The translations under genes and the position numbers were made by a program. 64,000 nt of DNA, taken from contig OZ240241.1 of the NCBI GenBank assembly GCA_965198115.1, forward strand, positions 7,456,001 to 7,520,000. The letters are read 5' to 3'. This DNA comes from Candidatus Latescibacterota bacterium (GTDB taxonomy: Bacteria; Latescibacterota; UBA2968). Numbering within the stretch: the first letter of the stretch is position 1; every line of letters starts with the position of its first letter. The notes below the pieces were generated by a model. That model did no database searches. It saw only the letters and a program-made list of their open reading frames with translations, and was not told where the DNA came from. Below are positions 11,704 to 21,715 of this stretch, in pieces.

Positions 11704-12597
11704 TCAGGCGGCCTTTCGAGTTGCCGTGAGTGCGTTTCTAGCCTGTTCGGGCGTCTTGTAGCCGTGACGTTCGATGATCCACCTGTGGTTGTATCTGTCC
11801 CGAAACTCAAGGAGTGCGAGGCGCAGGTCTTCGATGGTACTGAAGTGTCTAACCCACAGGAGGTTTTCTTTGAGGGTACGGATGAACCGCTCGGCGCATC
11901 CGTTGCCTTCTGGCTCACGCACGAAACTCGGCGATGTTTGGACGCCGAGGAATGCGATCTCGTTCTGGAAGTCGTCAGAGACGTATTGTGACCCGTGATC
12001 GTGTCGGAGCTCCAGTCCTTCGGCGATGTTTTCTTCGAAGCCCCCGAAGTGTTCACGGATGCCCTGTCGGATCGGCTCGAGAGCCTCAAAGCGGTTGGCC
12101 GTCTTGGAGGCGTGAATGCCCACACACTCGCACGTGCAGTGGTCGATCGCGATAAACACGGAGGCTCTGCCCTCGTCGACCGTGGGCGTCACAGTCAGGT
12201 CGGTGCCCCACATCTGATCGGGCTTCTCGGTCGTAATCGTGCCATCGTGGGCTCGTCGTTCGCGACGCCGTCCTGGACGCGCCTGGAGCCCGTTTTCACG
12301 CATCAACCGGCGGACCCGATCCTTTGACGTCCGCATACCGTGAAAGCGAAGCCTGGCCCAGATCTTGCGGTATCCTTCGCCGTGGAAGGGTGACGCGTCG
12401 ATCTCCTGCTGAATGAGGGAGACCAATTCCTCATCGGTACCCGCTCCGACCGGGCCTCGCTTCCGGGGTTGCCGAAGATCGGTTACGGATGAACGACGAA
12501 GCTGGCTGTGCACCGTGGAACGGGGTATCTGCAACACTTTGCACACGCGTTTAATGCTGTAGCGTCTCTCCGTGGAGGGCGAAAGGACCTCACTCAT
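11704..12597 (-). CDS. IS3-like transposase OrfB (rve integrase core)
   Basis: GYRKIWARL, WGTDLT, RHDHGSQYVS, NGCAERFIRTLKE. Confidence 0.9.
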   Translation of the reverse strand: MSEVLSPSTERRYSIKRVCKVLQIPRSTVHSQLRRSSVTDLRQPRKRGPVGAGTDEELVSLIQQEIDASPFHGEGYRKIWARLRFHGMRTSKDRVRRLMRENGLQARPGRRRERRAHDGTITTEKPDQMWGTDLTVTPTVDEGRASVFIAIDHCTCECVGIHASKTANRFEALEPIRQGIREHFGGFEENIAEGLELRHDHGSQYVSDDFQNEIAFLGVQTSPSFVREPEGNGCAERFIRTLKENLLWVRHFSTIEDLRLALLEFRDRYNHRWIIERHGYKTPEQARNALTATRKAA

Positions 12598-14359
12598 TTC
12601 CGCGACCTCCGATGCGCCAAAGGGCGGCGGGCTTCCAGACGATCGATTCTTTGTTGCAGCAGCTCGTTGTCCATCGTGAGCTCGCCAATCTTCGCCTGGG
12701 AGTTCAGGTCAATAGGTGTGTAAAAGAAATCAGGCGGCCATCTTCCCGGCTTCGACCTGCGGTCCGGTTGAGTGTTTCTGATCGTAGACTTGTTGTAGCA
12801 AGTGTGGCGCGGTGAGTTTCCTGAATCGGCTCTCTGCGACCTTGAGCGTACGCCAGATGAGAGCCGTGGCGTTCCTGACTTTCTTGAATCGCCTGGCGGC
12901 GTTTGTGCGAAGCCGAACGGAAGCAAAGGGGCTCTCGACGACGTTCGTGGTTCTCAGGTGTTTCCAGTGTTCCTTCGGGAAGTCGTAGAACGTGACCATC
13001 CGATCCCAGTCTCTTTCGAGCGTCTCCACGGCGGCAGGGAACTGTGAGCGATACCGTGCGGCAAAGCGTTTCCGGAGCTTCTCGGCCTCCTTTTTCGTGC
13101 CGGCATAGGGGATCTGGACGAGCAGTGCGCGGGCTTCAGCCTGTGCACGCTTGGCGACCTTGTCGAGCACGTTGAGGATCTTGTGGTTCCAGCACCGTTG
13201 TTGCCGGCTCTCTGGCCAGACCTGATCAACGGCCGCCCAGATGCCCATATTCCCGTCCGCGGCGATCAGGACAGGATGTTCGAGCCCGCGATCCCGGAGA
13301 TCCCGGAGCACCGTGAGCCAGGATTCTGTAGACTCTCGATAACCGGGTTCTATCGCCAGGATCTCCTTGCTGCCGTCGCTCATCGCGCCGATCACGACCA
13401 GCAGACACGCCTTCTCGCGCTCGAGCCCGGCTTTGACGTAGATGCCATCAGCCCAGGCGTAGACCAGTTCGCGATTATCCAGACGCCTTTCTTTCCAGTC
13501 CTGGAAGTCGACCTCCCACTTCCCTCGAAGACGAGCGATCGAGGTCGGCGAAAGCGGCGCGCCATCACCGAGCAGCGCACGCAAAGACAACTCGAAGTCG
13601 CCCTGGGAGAGACCGTGGAGATAAAGGTCGGGAAGCAGATCTCCAATGGCCCTGGTTCTCCGGGCGAACAGGGGGAGGATGCGGCTTTCAAACCGCTCTT
13701 CCAGACCACGAACCCGGGGACGCCGGACCTTGATCGTTCCGCAGCTCGTCGAGAGACGCCGGGGCTTGCCGTAGCCGTTCCTGTAGCCCCTGGAGCTATC
13801 GACCTCGGCTCGGCGCTCATACCACGACCGGCCCAAGAACGCGGTCGCCTCCTCCTCCAGAATGGACTGGAACCGGCCCTGGATCTCTTCACGGATCCAA
13901 TCGTCAACCGTCTCCCACGTCGGCATGGACTTCAATGGGGCTCTATGCGTATGTTCCTTCACGGCGATCCTCCTTCCCAACCGGGCCTCTCACCCGGTTT
14001 TGTGTGAATCAACTATCTCACGGGAAGGGTAGGGTCGCCCTTTCTCTTTTTCCACACCTTTTGATTATAGCTCTCGCCTGGAGGTCCTTGACCCTCTCGT
14101 CACGCTCGTCGCTCGGACGAGAGCGTAGTGCGGCTTGGGCGCCAGAGTGGAACTGATCGCGCCACTCGCTCAATTTAGCTGCCGTTACTCCCAGATCGCG
14201 AGAGACGCTGTCGAGGCTCTCGCCACGCATCACACGTAATACGGCTTCGGCCTTCTTCTTCACGGAGAAACGACCCTGCGAAGTCGCGCTTGGATCGGCT
14301 GGGCCTCCGCTCGCTCTCGCTCGCTCCGCCCCAACCGATCCCCTGGTAGCCTTGTTCAT
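12594..14359 (-). pseudogene. IS3-like OrfA (HTH) split by IS256
   Basis: MNKAT...RVKDLQA (14359-14074) rejoins KIGELTMDNELL...RRSRK (to 12594) once the IS256 is removed; ATGA overlap with OrfB. Confidence 0.85.
12700..14073 (-). mobile_element. IS256-family element type B, copy 1 (transposase 12730-13980)
   Basis: IRs GAGTTCAGGTCAATAGGTGTG and GAGCTATAATCAAAAGGTGTG; 8-bp TSD TCGCCTGG; 416-aa transposase (WADGIY, QRCWNHK, TTNVVES). Confidence 0.95.
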
Positions 14360-14435
14360 GGTGGACCCTCCTTTTCGACCTACTGTAGGTCAACGGAGTG
14401 TCCAAGAAAACCCCGGGGCGCTGGAATTCATTTCT

Positions 14436-16712
14436 ATGCCTGACAGACCGGAGCCAAAGCGTCTGGCGCCCACTGGAAATGTGAGCGCCCTATTTTCCGG
14501 CAGGTCACGCTTCAAATGGACAGCGCTCGTGCTCCTCAGTCTGCTTTTCTTACCCGGGATCAGCACTGCGAATAAAGCCGTCTTGATCGAAGGATACGTT
14601 TTCGACCGCGAAACTCGGCGCCCGATCGAAAACGTCAACGTCCAGCTCGGCGATCGCGCAGGGGGTGCAACCACCGATGAACAAGGCCGCTTTGCCCTCC
14701 GTCTGTCGCCGGGGGCCTATCGTCTGTCGTTTACGCACGTCGGATATCGAACAACGGATCTTGAACTGACCGTCTCAGGCGCAAGACATCCGATCCTCTA
14801 CGCCGAAATGGCCCCGCTCGCCCTCCAAATGGCCGCGCTCGACGTCGTGGCAAAACGGGCTGAGACTCGCTTTGACGAACGCCAGGAGACGACCGGCGTG
14901 CTCTCAGGCGACGAGCTCCGGAAGAAATACGGCCGCACGCTTGCCGAGACGATGAAGAACGAAATCGGGGTCGCCATCCGCAGCATGGGGCCTGCGCCTG
15001 CCCGCCCAGTCATTCGCGGCCTCAGCGGCGACCGCATACAAATCAACGTCAACGGCATCCAGACCCACGATCTATCCGCCACCTCCGCCGATCACGCCGT
15101 CACCTTGGAACCGTTCAACGCGGAACGCCTCGAAATCATCCGGGGGCCCCGCACCCTGCTCCACACCGCCACCGCCGTCGGCGGCGTGATCAACCTCGTC
15201 AGACACAAGATCCCCCAAGTCCACCCCCGACGCCTCTCCGGCAGCGTAGGCGCCTACGGAGAAACCGTCAACCGCGGCTATCTCTCATCTGTCGCCCTCA
15301 CCGCGCCCTTGGGCCCGCTCGCACTCTATGCCGAAACCACCTACCGGGATACGCGGGACCTGCAAACGCCCATCGGCAAGCTCGACAACACGTCTGTCAA
15401 CACCCGCACCCATACCCTCGGTCTGTCCCACGCCGCCAGTCGGGGCTACATCGGCGCTTCTTTCGATCAATTCGACACCGAATACGGCATTCCGGGCGGA
15501 TTCATCGGGGGCCACCCCAACGGCGTAGACCTAGACATCCTGCGCCGGGTCTTCGACGGCCGGGCGGCTTACCGTTTCGACCGCGGCGTGATCAGCAGCG
15601 TAGAGGCGGGCTTCACGAGGACCTTTTACCATCACCTCGAGTTCGAATCCAACGGCAGCATCGGGTCGGAGTTTTTGTTCCGGGACTACAGCGGCGATCT
15701 GAAGCTGCACCTGAACACGCAGAACCAGAAGCGAAACACCGTCCTCGCCCTCGGCTTTGGCCAGCACGAACTCGAACTGGGCGCCTTTGTCTTCACGCCC
15801 CCGACAAAAGAGCAAAGCGCCGCCATCAGCCTCTATCACGAATTGACCTATCGTCAGATCGAGCTTCAGGCCGCAGCCCGCTACGCCTACACCGCCTTCG
15901 ATCCGCGTCCCAATGCCTGGTCCAACGTCGGCCTGGATGTCGACCGAACGTTTCACACCTGGTCTGCAGCCATCAGCCCGCTTCTTCCCCTCACCGACCA
16001 AGTGATCGCCGGCCTCAGCCTCAGCCGGTCCCAGCGCGTGCCGACAATCGAAGAGCTCTACAACGAAGGTCCGCACTTGGCCGCGTATACATTCGAGGTG
16101 GGCAACGTCCATCTCAATTCGGAAAAAAGCCTCGGCCTCGAGGCCTTTTTGCACTACCTGCAACCGGGCCTCGACCTCGTCTTCATCGGATTCTGGAACG
16201 AATTCGACAGCTACATCGCCCCGCGCAATACGGGTGAAATCAATTTCGCCCAACTCCTGCCCATCTACGCTTCCAACGGCATCGCCGCCCGCATGCGGGG
16301 CCTCGAGATGCACCTTGGGTGGCGCCCAAATGCCCGTCTAAGCCTGGAATTCAACACCAGCTCTGTCCACGGCCAGAACCGTGATGAAGATCTGCCCCTG
16401 CCCGAAATGCCGCCGCTCAAGCTTGTGGGCAGCCTCACCTACCGGCACCCGTGGTTGACGTTGGGTGGGACGTCGGAGCTGATCGCCAGGCAGGATCGCG
16501 TTGACGAATTCGAACAACCCACGGACGGCTACACTGTCTTCGGCATCTACGCCCAGCGCGACATCCTCACCGACCATACCCGCCACAGCCTCATCCTCTC
16601 GGTAGAAAACCTCTTCAACACGGAATACCGCAACCACCTCTCGCGCATCCGTTCCGTGATGCCCGAAACTGGCCGAAACGTGAAGGTGAATTACAAGTTG
16701 TTCCTCTTTTAG
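14436..16712 (+). CDS. TonB-dependent receptor, ZnuD-like (metal uptake)
   Basis: Carboxypeptidase-regulatory-like N-domain, plug RPVIRGLSGDRI...SADHAV...EIIRGP, ELYNEGPHLA, terminal NLFNTEYRNHLS...YKLFLF. The ORF-track start at 14352 lies inside the IS, so ATG 14436 is preferred. Confidence 0.9.
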   Translation: MPDRPEPKRLAPTGNVSALFSGRSRFKWTALVLLSLLFLPGISTANKAVLIEGYVFDRETRRPIENVNVQLGDRAGGATTDEQGRFALRLSPGAYRLSFTHVGYRTTDLELTVSGARHPILYAEMAPLALQMAALDVVAKRAETRFDERQETTGVLSGDELRKKYGRTLAETMKNEIGVAIRSMGPAPARPVIRGLSGDRIQINVNGIQTHDLSATSADHAVTLEPFNAERLEIIRGPRTLLHTATAVGGVINLVRHKIPQVHPRRLSGSVGAYGETVNRGYLSSVALTAPLGPLALYAETTYRDTRDLQTPIGKLDNTSVNTRTHTLGLSHAASRGYIGASFDQFDTEYGIPGGFIGGHPNGVDLDILRRVFDGRAAYRFDRGVISSVEAGFTRTFYHHLEFESNGSIGSEFLFRDYSGDLKLHLNTQNQKRNTVLALGFGQHELELGAFVFTPPTKEQSAAISLYHELTYRQIELQAAARYAYTAFDPRPNAWSNVGLDVDRTFHTWSAAISPLLPLTDQVIAGLSLSRSQRVPTIEELYNEGPHLAAYTFEVGNVHLNSEKSLGLEAFLHYLQPGLDLVFIGFWNEFDSYIAPRNTGEINFAQLLPIYASNGIAARMRGLEMHLGWRPNARLSLEFNTSSVHGQNRDEDLPLPEMPPLKLVGSLTYRHPWLTLGGTSELIARQDRVDEFEQPTDGYTVFGIYAQRDILTDHTRHSLILSVENLFNTEYRNHLSRIRSVMPETGRNVKVNYKLFLF

Positions 16713-17249
16713 AGCGAGACACCTGACGCTGTGACCCGACTTCAGAACGGAATGGCCGTGGCGTCTTGCTGGACGCCGTCTCATAAATGAAACGCGGCCT
16801 TCCTCTCCCAGATTCTGACTCAGGGCACTTTCCCTGCTCACATGGGCTTCCTTGTGACACGTTTTAGTGCGCCTCCTCAACTTCCTCTCCGGCAGATGAG
16901 ATGTTAACGCCCTGCGAACGCTAGCGGCTGTCCTCGCCCACCAGATCGATCTCAAGATCCAGATGCTTGAGCATCGCCATTTGCAGAGCCCGAAGCACCG
17001 GCACGGACTGTTCGGCCGGGTAGGCATCGCGCACGAGGCTTTCAAAGCTCAGGGCCAGGATCATCAGAAACACCTGGTCGTCCCTTGCGCAGATCGTCGC
17101 TTGATCGCAAAACTGGCGGCCGTTGTGGACTCCCTGCCCGCAGTTCCCCCTTTTCCCTCGGCGGTCAGTTCGGGGGTCGCGGTATGCTCTCGGAACGGGA
17201 ATCCTCGGGTTGTGATGTCTGTGAGTGAGATTGCCAGTCGCCCCCGCAG

Positions 17250-17546
17250 CGATGGCCCGCCAAGGAGACCCTGAAGCGGGAGATCAAGGCGCGGAAGAAA
17301 GAGCTTCAGGATGCCCAGCGACGCCAACGCGACAACCTGCAGAAACAGATTCGGCGCGCTCAAGCCCGCATCTCCGCTGCCAAACGCAAGCGCCGCACCC
17401 GCCGCCTGATTCTCATGAGCTCCTACCTGGAGCACGTCACCGGCAACGATCCCGACAAGCGAGATCGCCTCATCAAAGGACTCAGGGATTTCTATTCAAG
17501 TCAAGACGACGGCTATCGTGCCCCTATAGGGGGCGCTGAGCCATAG
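17250..17546 (+). pseudogene. Mobilization accessory protein (MobC/TraD-like) fragment
   Basis: Manual translation LQKQIRRAQARISAAKRKRRTRRLILMSSYLEH...RDRLIKGLRDF: a coiled coil followed by the R..TRR.IL motif; no start codon in frame. Confidence 0.5.
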
Positions 17547-17671
17547 GCAACCTGCCCCGCCTCTTGCTGGCCTGGGGTCTCGACCGAAGCGGTACGGACC
17601 CAAAGCCGCGAGCTGGTTCTAGGGCGCTCGCTTTCCGAGTTCTCTGAGCAATCCGGGGACGCTGGTGCTCC

Positions 17672-17759
17672 CTTTGTGGTTTGTGTGTTGACACATTTAC
17701 CAAAACACGGCAATGTGTTTTAGTGGTTATTTCTTTTCTCAATCAGAAGGGTGGCGTGG
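17672..17759 (+). repeat. 88-bp inverted repeat, copy A (parA promoter and first codons)
   Basis: 87 of 88 bases identical to the reverse complement of 21282-21369. Confidence 0.95.
17688..17716 (+). promoter_or_regulatory. Sigma70-type promoter of parA, probably leaderless
   Basis: TTGACA-17 bp-CAATGT, then 6 bp to the GTG start; no Shine-Dalgarno; ACAC/GTGT motifs throughout. Confidence 0.6.
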
Positions 17760-18382
17760 GCAAAACCACACTGGCAGTGAATGTCGCCGCTGGGTTGGCC
17801 CGTAACGGGCACAATGTCCTTTTGATCGACGCCGACAAGCAAGGGTCCGCCTCTGCTTGGGCGAGCTTGCGCGAGCATACCGATTTCAAGGTGATCTCAC
17901 TCGCCCGCGAAAACATGGCGCGGGATGCGCTGAAACTGGCAGCCGACCACACCTACACCGTGATTGATGGCCCGCCACACGCTGAATCCATTGCTCGCTC
18001 GTGCATTGTGGCGTCTGACCTTGTCCTCGTGCCCATCGAACCAAGCGGCCTGTCTACTTGGGCCAGCGATCTCACCGTCCGTCAGGTTCAGGAAGCACAG
18101 GAACTCAAAATCATCAAATGTTGTTTTGTGGTTTCACGCAAAATAGGGAACACGGTTATCGGTCGCGAGATCCGCTCGATGGCTGCCGCGATGGGCATCC
18201 CGATCCTGGCAAACGAAATCGCCCAGCGAGTCGCCTATGCCGAGAGTCTGACGATGGGCAAAATGATTTTTGAATGGGCACCGGAAAGCCCTGCCGCGAG
18301 CGAGATTGAGAAGCTGACAAAGGAGATTCTAAGTGCATGGTTTCATAAACATTATTACGTATGTCCTGAACATTATTTGTAG
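17723..18382 (+). CDS. parA: ParA/ParF-type partition ATPase; native C-terminus replaced by IS630 sequence
   Basis: NQKGGVGKTT deviant Walker A, LIDAD.QGS, VIDGPP, QRVAYAES. Confidence 0.9.
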   Translation: MVISFLNQKGGVGKTTLAVNVAAGLARNGHNVLLIDADKQGSASAWASLREHTDFKVISLARENMARDALKLAADHTYTVIDGPPHAESIARSCIVASDLVLVPIEPSGLSTWASDLTVRQVQEAQELKIIKCCFVVSRKIGNTVIGREIRSMAAAMGIPILANEIAQRVAYAESLTMGKMIFEWAPESPAASEIEKLTKEILSAWFHKHYYVCPEHYL

Positions 18383-19594
18383 CTTATGTTCTCCTTCAAA
18401 AGGAGGAGAACAATGCCAAGACGTTCGCCTTATGTGGTGCTACTGTCTGAGAAGGAACGGGTCGACCTCGAGCGAATGGCTGGACAATATACGTTACCGT
18501 ATTATCAAGTGATCCGATCGAAAATCGTGCTTCTCGCCGCCGAGGGATTATCCAACAAGATTATCGCCCAACGGTTGGATGTCCCGCGTCCGATCGTAAG
18601 CAAATGGCGTAAGCGCTTTTTCGAAGAGCGTCTTTCGGGACTCGAAGATAGATCTCGTCCCGGGCGCCCGCCCGGTTTTCCCCCCTCAGGTGGTCGTTCA
18701 GATCAAGGCGCTGGCGTGTGAACTACCGAGCGAGAGCGGGATACCGCTCTCGCGGTTCAGCTGTTCCGAGATTGCCGCCGAGGCAGTGCAAAGGGGCTTC
18801 GTTGCCAAGATCAGCGGCGCCACTGTCTGGCGCTGGTTGAACGAGGACGCGATTCGTCCTTGGTATCATCGCTCCTGGATTTTCCCACGGGACCCGGACT
18901 TCCAAACCAAAGCAGGTAGAGTCCTTGATCTGTATCACCGCCAATGGCAAGGAAAGCCTTTAGGGCCGAGGGAATATGTACTTTCTGCCGACGAAAAGAC
19001 CAGTATTCAAGCACGAGCTCGCAAGCACGTTACCCTACCGCCAGCCTCGAACAGAGCGGCACGCGTTGAAACACGAATACGAGCGGAAAGGAGCCCTGGC
19101 CTATCTGGCTGCTCTCGACGTGCACAATGGTCGAATCTTCGGTCTCTGTGAGTCTTCTTCGGGTATCGAGCCCTTCAACCGGCTCCTGAGCCTGATCATG
19201 AGCCGGAAACCCTATTGCTCGGCAAAGAAAGTCTACCTCATCGTGGATAATGGCTCCTCGCACCGAGGGCAAACATGCATCGACCGTATCCAGGGGAAGT
19301 GGCCAAACATCCACCCCGTTCACCTTCCGATCCACGCAAGCTGGCTCAATCAGATCGAGATCTACTTCTCGATCCTCAAACGCAAGGCTCTGACACCTAT
19401 CGAATTTGCATCGCTCGAAGAGCTTGAGGCAAGAATCCTCGGTTTTCAGGAACGCTACGGACGTATCGCCACACCCTTCAAATGGAAGTTCACACGAACA
19501 GATCTCGCGGAGATGATCGACAAACTCAGGTTCTACGATACGCCCTTGGCAAAGTCTGCTTAGAATACGTCACCGTATTTGAGAACAGGAGTAC
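18333..19594 (+). mobile_element. IS630-family element (transposase 18413-19563)
   Basis: HTH orf plus DDE (SADEKT, DNGSSH, SWLNQIE); slippery TTTTCCCCCC near 18676 and a second frameshift near 19070; TAA on both flanks; empty site seen at about 47314-47330. Confidence 0.9.
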
Positions 19595-19600
19595 TAAGCT

Positions 19601-19918
19601 ATGAGCAAGAAATCATTTCAGAGCGTTCCGAAACCAAAAATGCTTACCGATGACGCCCTGGAGTCCTTTGAAAAAGCGGGTCCAGGCCAGGGCCCGGCCC
19701 TTGAAGAACCTCCCCGCAAGAACATCAAACAGGAGAAAACCACTGAGCCGACAAAACGGCTCAGCGTAGATGTTCCGGTCTCCGTCCATCGGCGTTTCAA
19801 GACAGCGTGTAGCGCAACCAGCCGCCAGATGGTCGCTGAGTTACGACACTTGATTGAAGCCCACATATTGGAGCTTGAAAGTGAGATCGGGAGCGTCGGG
19901 CAGGATGACCTCCGCTGA
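19601..19918 (+). CDS. ParG-like ribbon-helix-helix partition protein
   Basis: TKRLSVDVPVSVHRRFKTAC RHH pattern after a flexible N-tail; directly downstream of parA. Confidence 0.75.
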   Translation: MSKKSFQSVPKPKMLTDDALESFEKAGPGQGPALEEPPRKNIKQEKTTEPTKRLSVDVPVSVHRRFKTACSATSRQMVAELRHLIEAHILELESEIGSVGQDDLR

Positions 19919-20069
19919 TGCGGCATTGTCACGTTAGCTTGCTGCTAGTTCGTCGAAGCTCCCTTGCATCCGGTACAGCGTTGACACCTCGGCTTCCTGG
20001 AGAAGGAAAATCGACTGACTTCCGCGGTGTCACTCTCCGTCTCCACCATATGAGGGCCATGCCCACTAC

Positions 20070-21175
20070 ATGATGAAGCGTGACTGGGACCTCCTCTTCT
20101 CGGAGGACGACCTCAGGGCCGGACTCGAGAATCAGCTGAGCCAGGTCGAAGACAAAGTGCGGGCCGTCGATCCTGTGCGATTCGAAACCAGCACCGACGA
20201 CCTCCTTTCAGCCACCATTGCCTCAGAGCTCGTGTTCGCTCCAATCGAGCTGCATGAGGACCAGCTCTCCGTCTCACCTCGCGACGCCAAGGTGGATGTT
20301 TCATACGACCACGACCGCGCTTTCTTTGGCCCCGGTCCGCACTACGTGGATGGATTGGAGGTCACATACAACCTTCCCTTCTCTGGCGACGCGGATCTCT
20401 TCAAATGCAAGCCAAACCAGTACACCTACAATGCACCTCGCGCGGTCCTTCGGCCAGGCGAATTGACCTTCCCCTACGACAGTGCGAATCGTGACGTAGC
20501 AGGGACGAAGAAGTCCTTTGACGACGACCTCACAACGATCAAGGAATGGCTAGGCTGGCAGGCCAGTCAGATCGCGGAATACAACGCCTCACTCGAAGAT
20601 CGTGTACGAAGCGCGGTCATCGCTCGCCGGGCAGAACTCTCCAAGACCCAGTCGGATCTTCAGGCACTTGGCATTCCCATCAAAGGGACCGAAGGACCAG
20701 CTGCCCCCTCGTCTGAACCACCGGCCAACCCGTTGAGCGTCGAGAGACAAAAAGGAAGGAGGCAAGGCGCGAGTATGACGTGGCGCTGTCCTTCGCGGGC
20801 GAGGATCGAGAATATGTAGAGCAGGTTGCCGAGCACCTCGTCAAGCTCGATGTCACCGTGTTTTACGATCGATACGAGACTGCTGAACTATGGGGTGAAG
20901 ACCTCGCGGTCCACCTCGGGAATATTTACTCCCGCGACTCCCACTTTGTGGTCATGTTCGCGTCACGGCACTATGCAGAGAAGGCGTGGCCGAATCACGA
21001 GCGGCAGCATGCCTTGGCGAGGCACCTCAAGGGGCAGACCGGCCGGATACTCCCTGTGCGTATCGACGACTCCGAGATCCCGGGCGTCCCGTCGACAATC
21101 GGTTATCTGGACGCGCGCGCCGTATCTCCAGACAAGCTCGCTGAACTGATTCGCCAGAAGGTGGATGCGCGGTGA
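20070..21175 (+). pseudogene. N-terminal domain of unknown function fused via a -1 frameshift to a TIR domain (putative anti-phage protein)
   Basis: ORF 20070-20819 overlaps a -1 frame reading REYDVALSFAGEDREYVEQVA...VFYD...LWG...FASRHYAEKAWPNHERQ (TIR, catalytic Glu retained). Confidence 0.75.
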
Positions 21176-21281
21176 CAGCCGGCCTCCGTAGCCGGTTACG
21201 CGGTATGTCAGATAACGCCGGGCTCCCGGCACGGGCCTTCACCGGCACTCCTTTCAAAAGGGGCTTCCCAATGAGTGAGAG

Positions 21282-21369
21282 CCACGCCACCCTTCTGATT
21301 GAGAAAAGAAATAACCACTAAAACACATTACCGTGTTTTGGTAAATGTGTCAACACACAAACCACAAAG
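21282..21369 (-). repeat. 88-bp inverted repeat, copy B (second parA promoter and truncated 5' end)
   Basis: Reverse complement of 17672-17759; the single difference makes the -10 box TAATGT. Confidence 0.95.
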
Positions 21370-21487
21370 AGAACCCGACACCTGTACGAATGCGTGTGTG
21401 GCGACTGTCCGGCTGTACGTGATCGGCCCCCCGTTGTGGGCGCAGCAACTGGCGGCGAAGGGCGAACGGTGGACTCTGACCGGCGAA

Positions 21488-21628
21488 GGTTCGGCGGCGG
21501 CCCGGCGGTTCCTTGCGGGCAAGCAGTCGTTGGAGCGGGGCGGTCGGAGAGAGGGTGGGACCCGGACGACCCGACGGCGGACGATGCCGCGCGGAAGCGG
21601 TACGACCGGGCGGTCGAAACCCTGAAGC
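21488..21628 (+). repeat. Internally deleted copy of the hypothetical gene fragment at 40870-41150
   Basis: Shared CCTTGCGGGCAAGCAGTCGTTGG and GGTGGGACCCG.ACGACCCGACGGCGGACGATGCCGCGCGGAAGCGGT.CGACCGGGCGGTCGAAACCCTGAAG. Confidence 0.8.
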
Positions 21629-21715
21629 GGGAGTATGGATCTCTTCCTCCTTGCCCGTCGAGCTTGGACTTGCCCAGTGCGCCCTTGGGGTGGGCGGCGC
21701 AGTCTGCCCTTGGCC

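Larger units (their letters stand above)
11664..14425 (-). mobile_element. IS3/IS481-like two-ORF element with a 15-bp target duplication, carrying a nested IS256
   Basis: Ends TGTAAAGCCCGCGGTTGTCTGGACACTC and TCCAGCGCCCCGGGGTTTTCTTGGACACTC; direct repeat ATTCATTTCTATGCC at 11649-11663 and 14426-14440. Confidence 0.85.

Noticed and set aside
14352-14435. ORF-track N-terminal extensions (14352, 10642, 39926, 58382, 35753)
   Set aside because: They run through IS ends, leader hairpins or unrelated fragments; downstream starts fit signal peptides or RBS better, and the cas3 start is simply lost.
20780-21175. Thoeris or CBASS assignment for the TIR ORF
   Set aside because: No ThsA (SIR2/Macro) or CD-NTase gene in the window, and the TIR lacks its first beta-strand unless read as a fusion with the upstream ORF.
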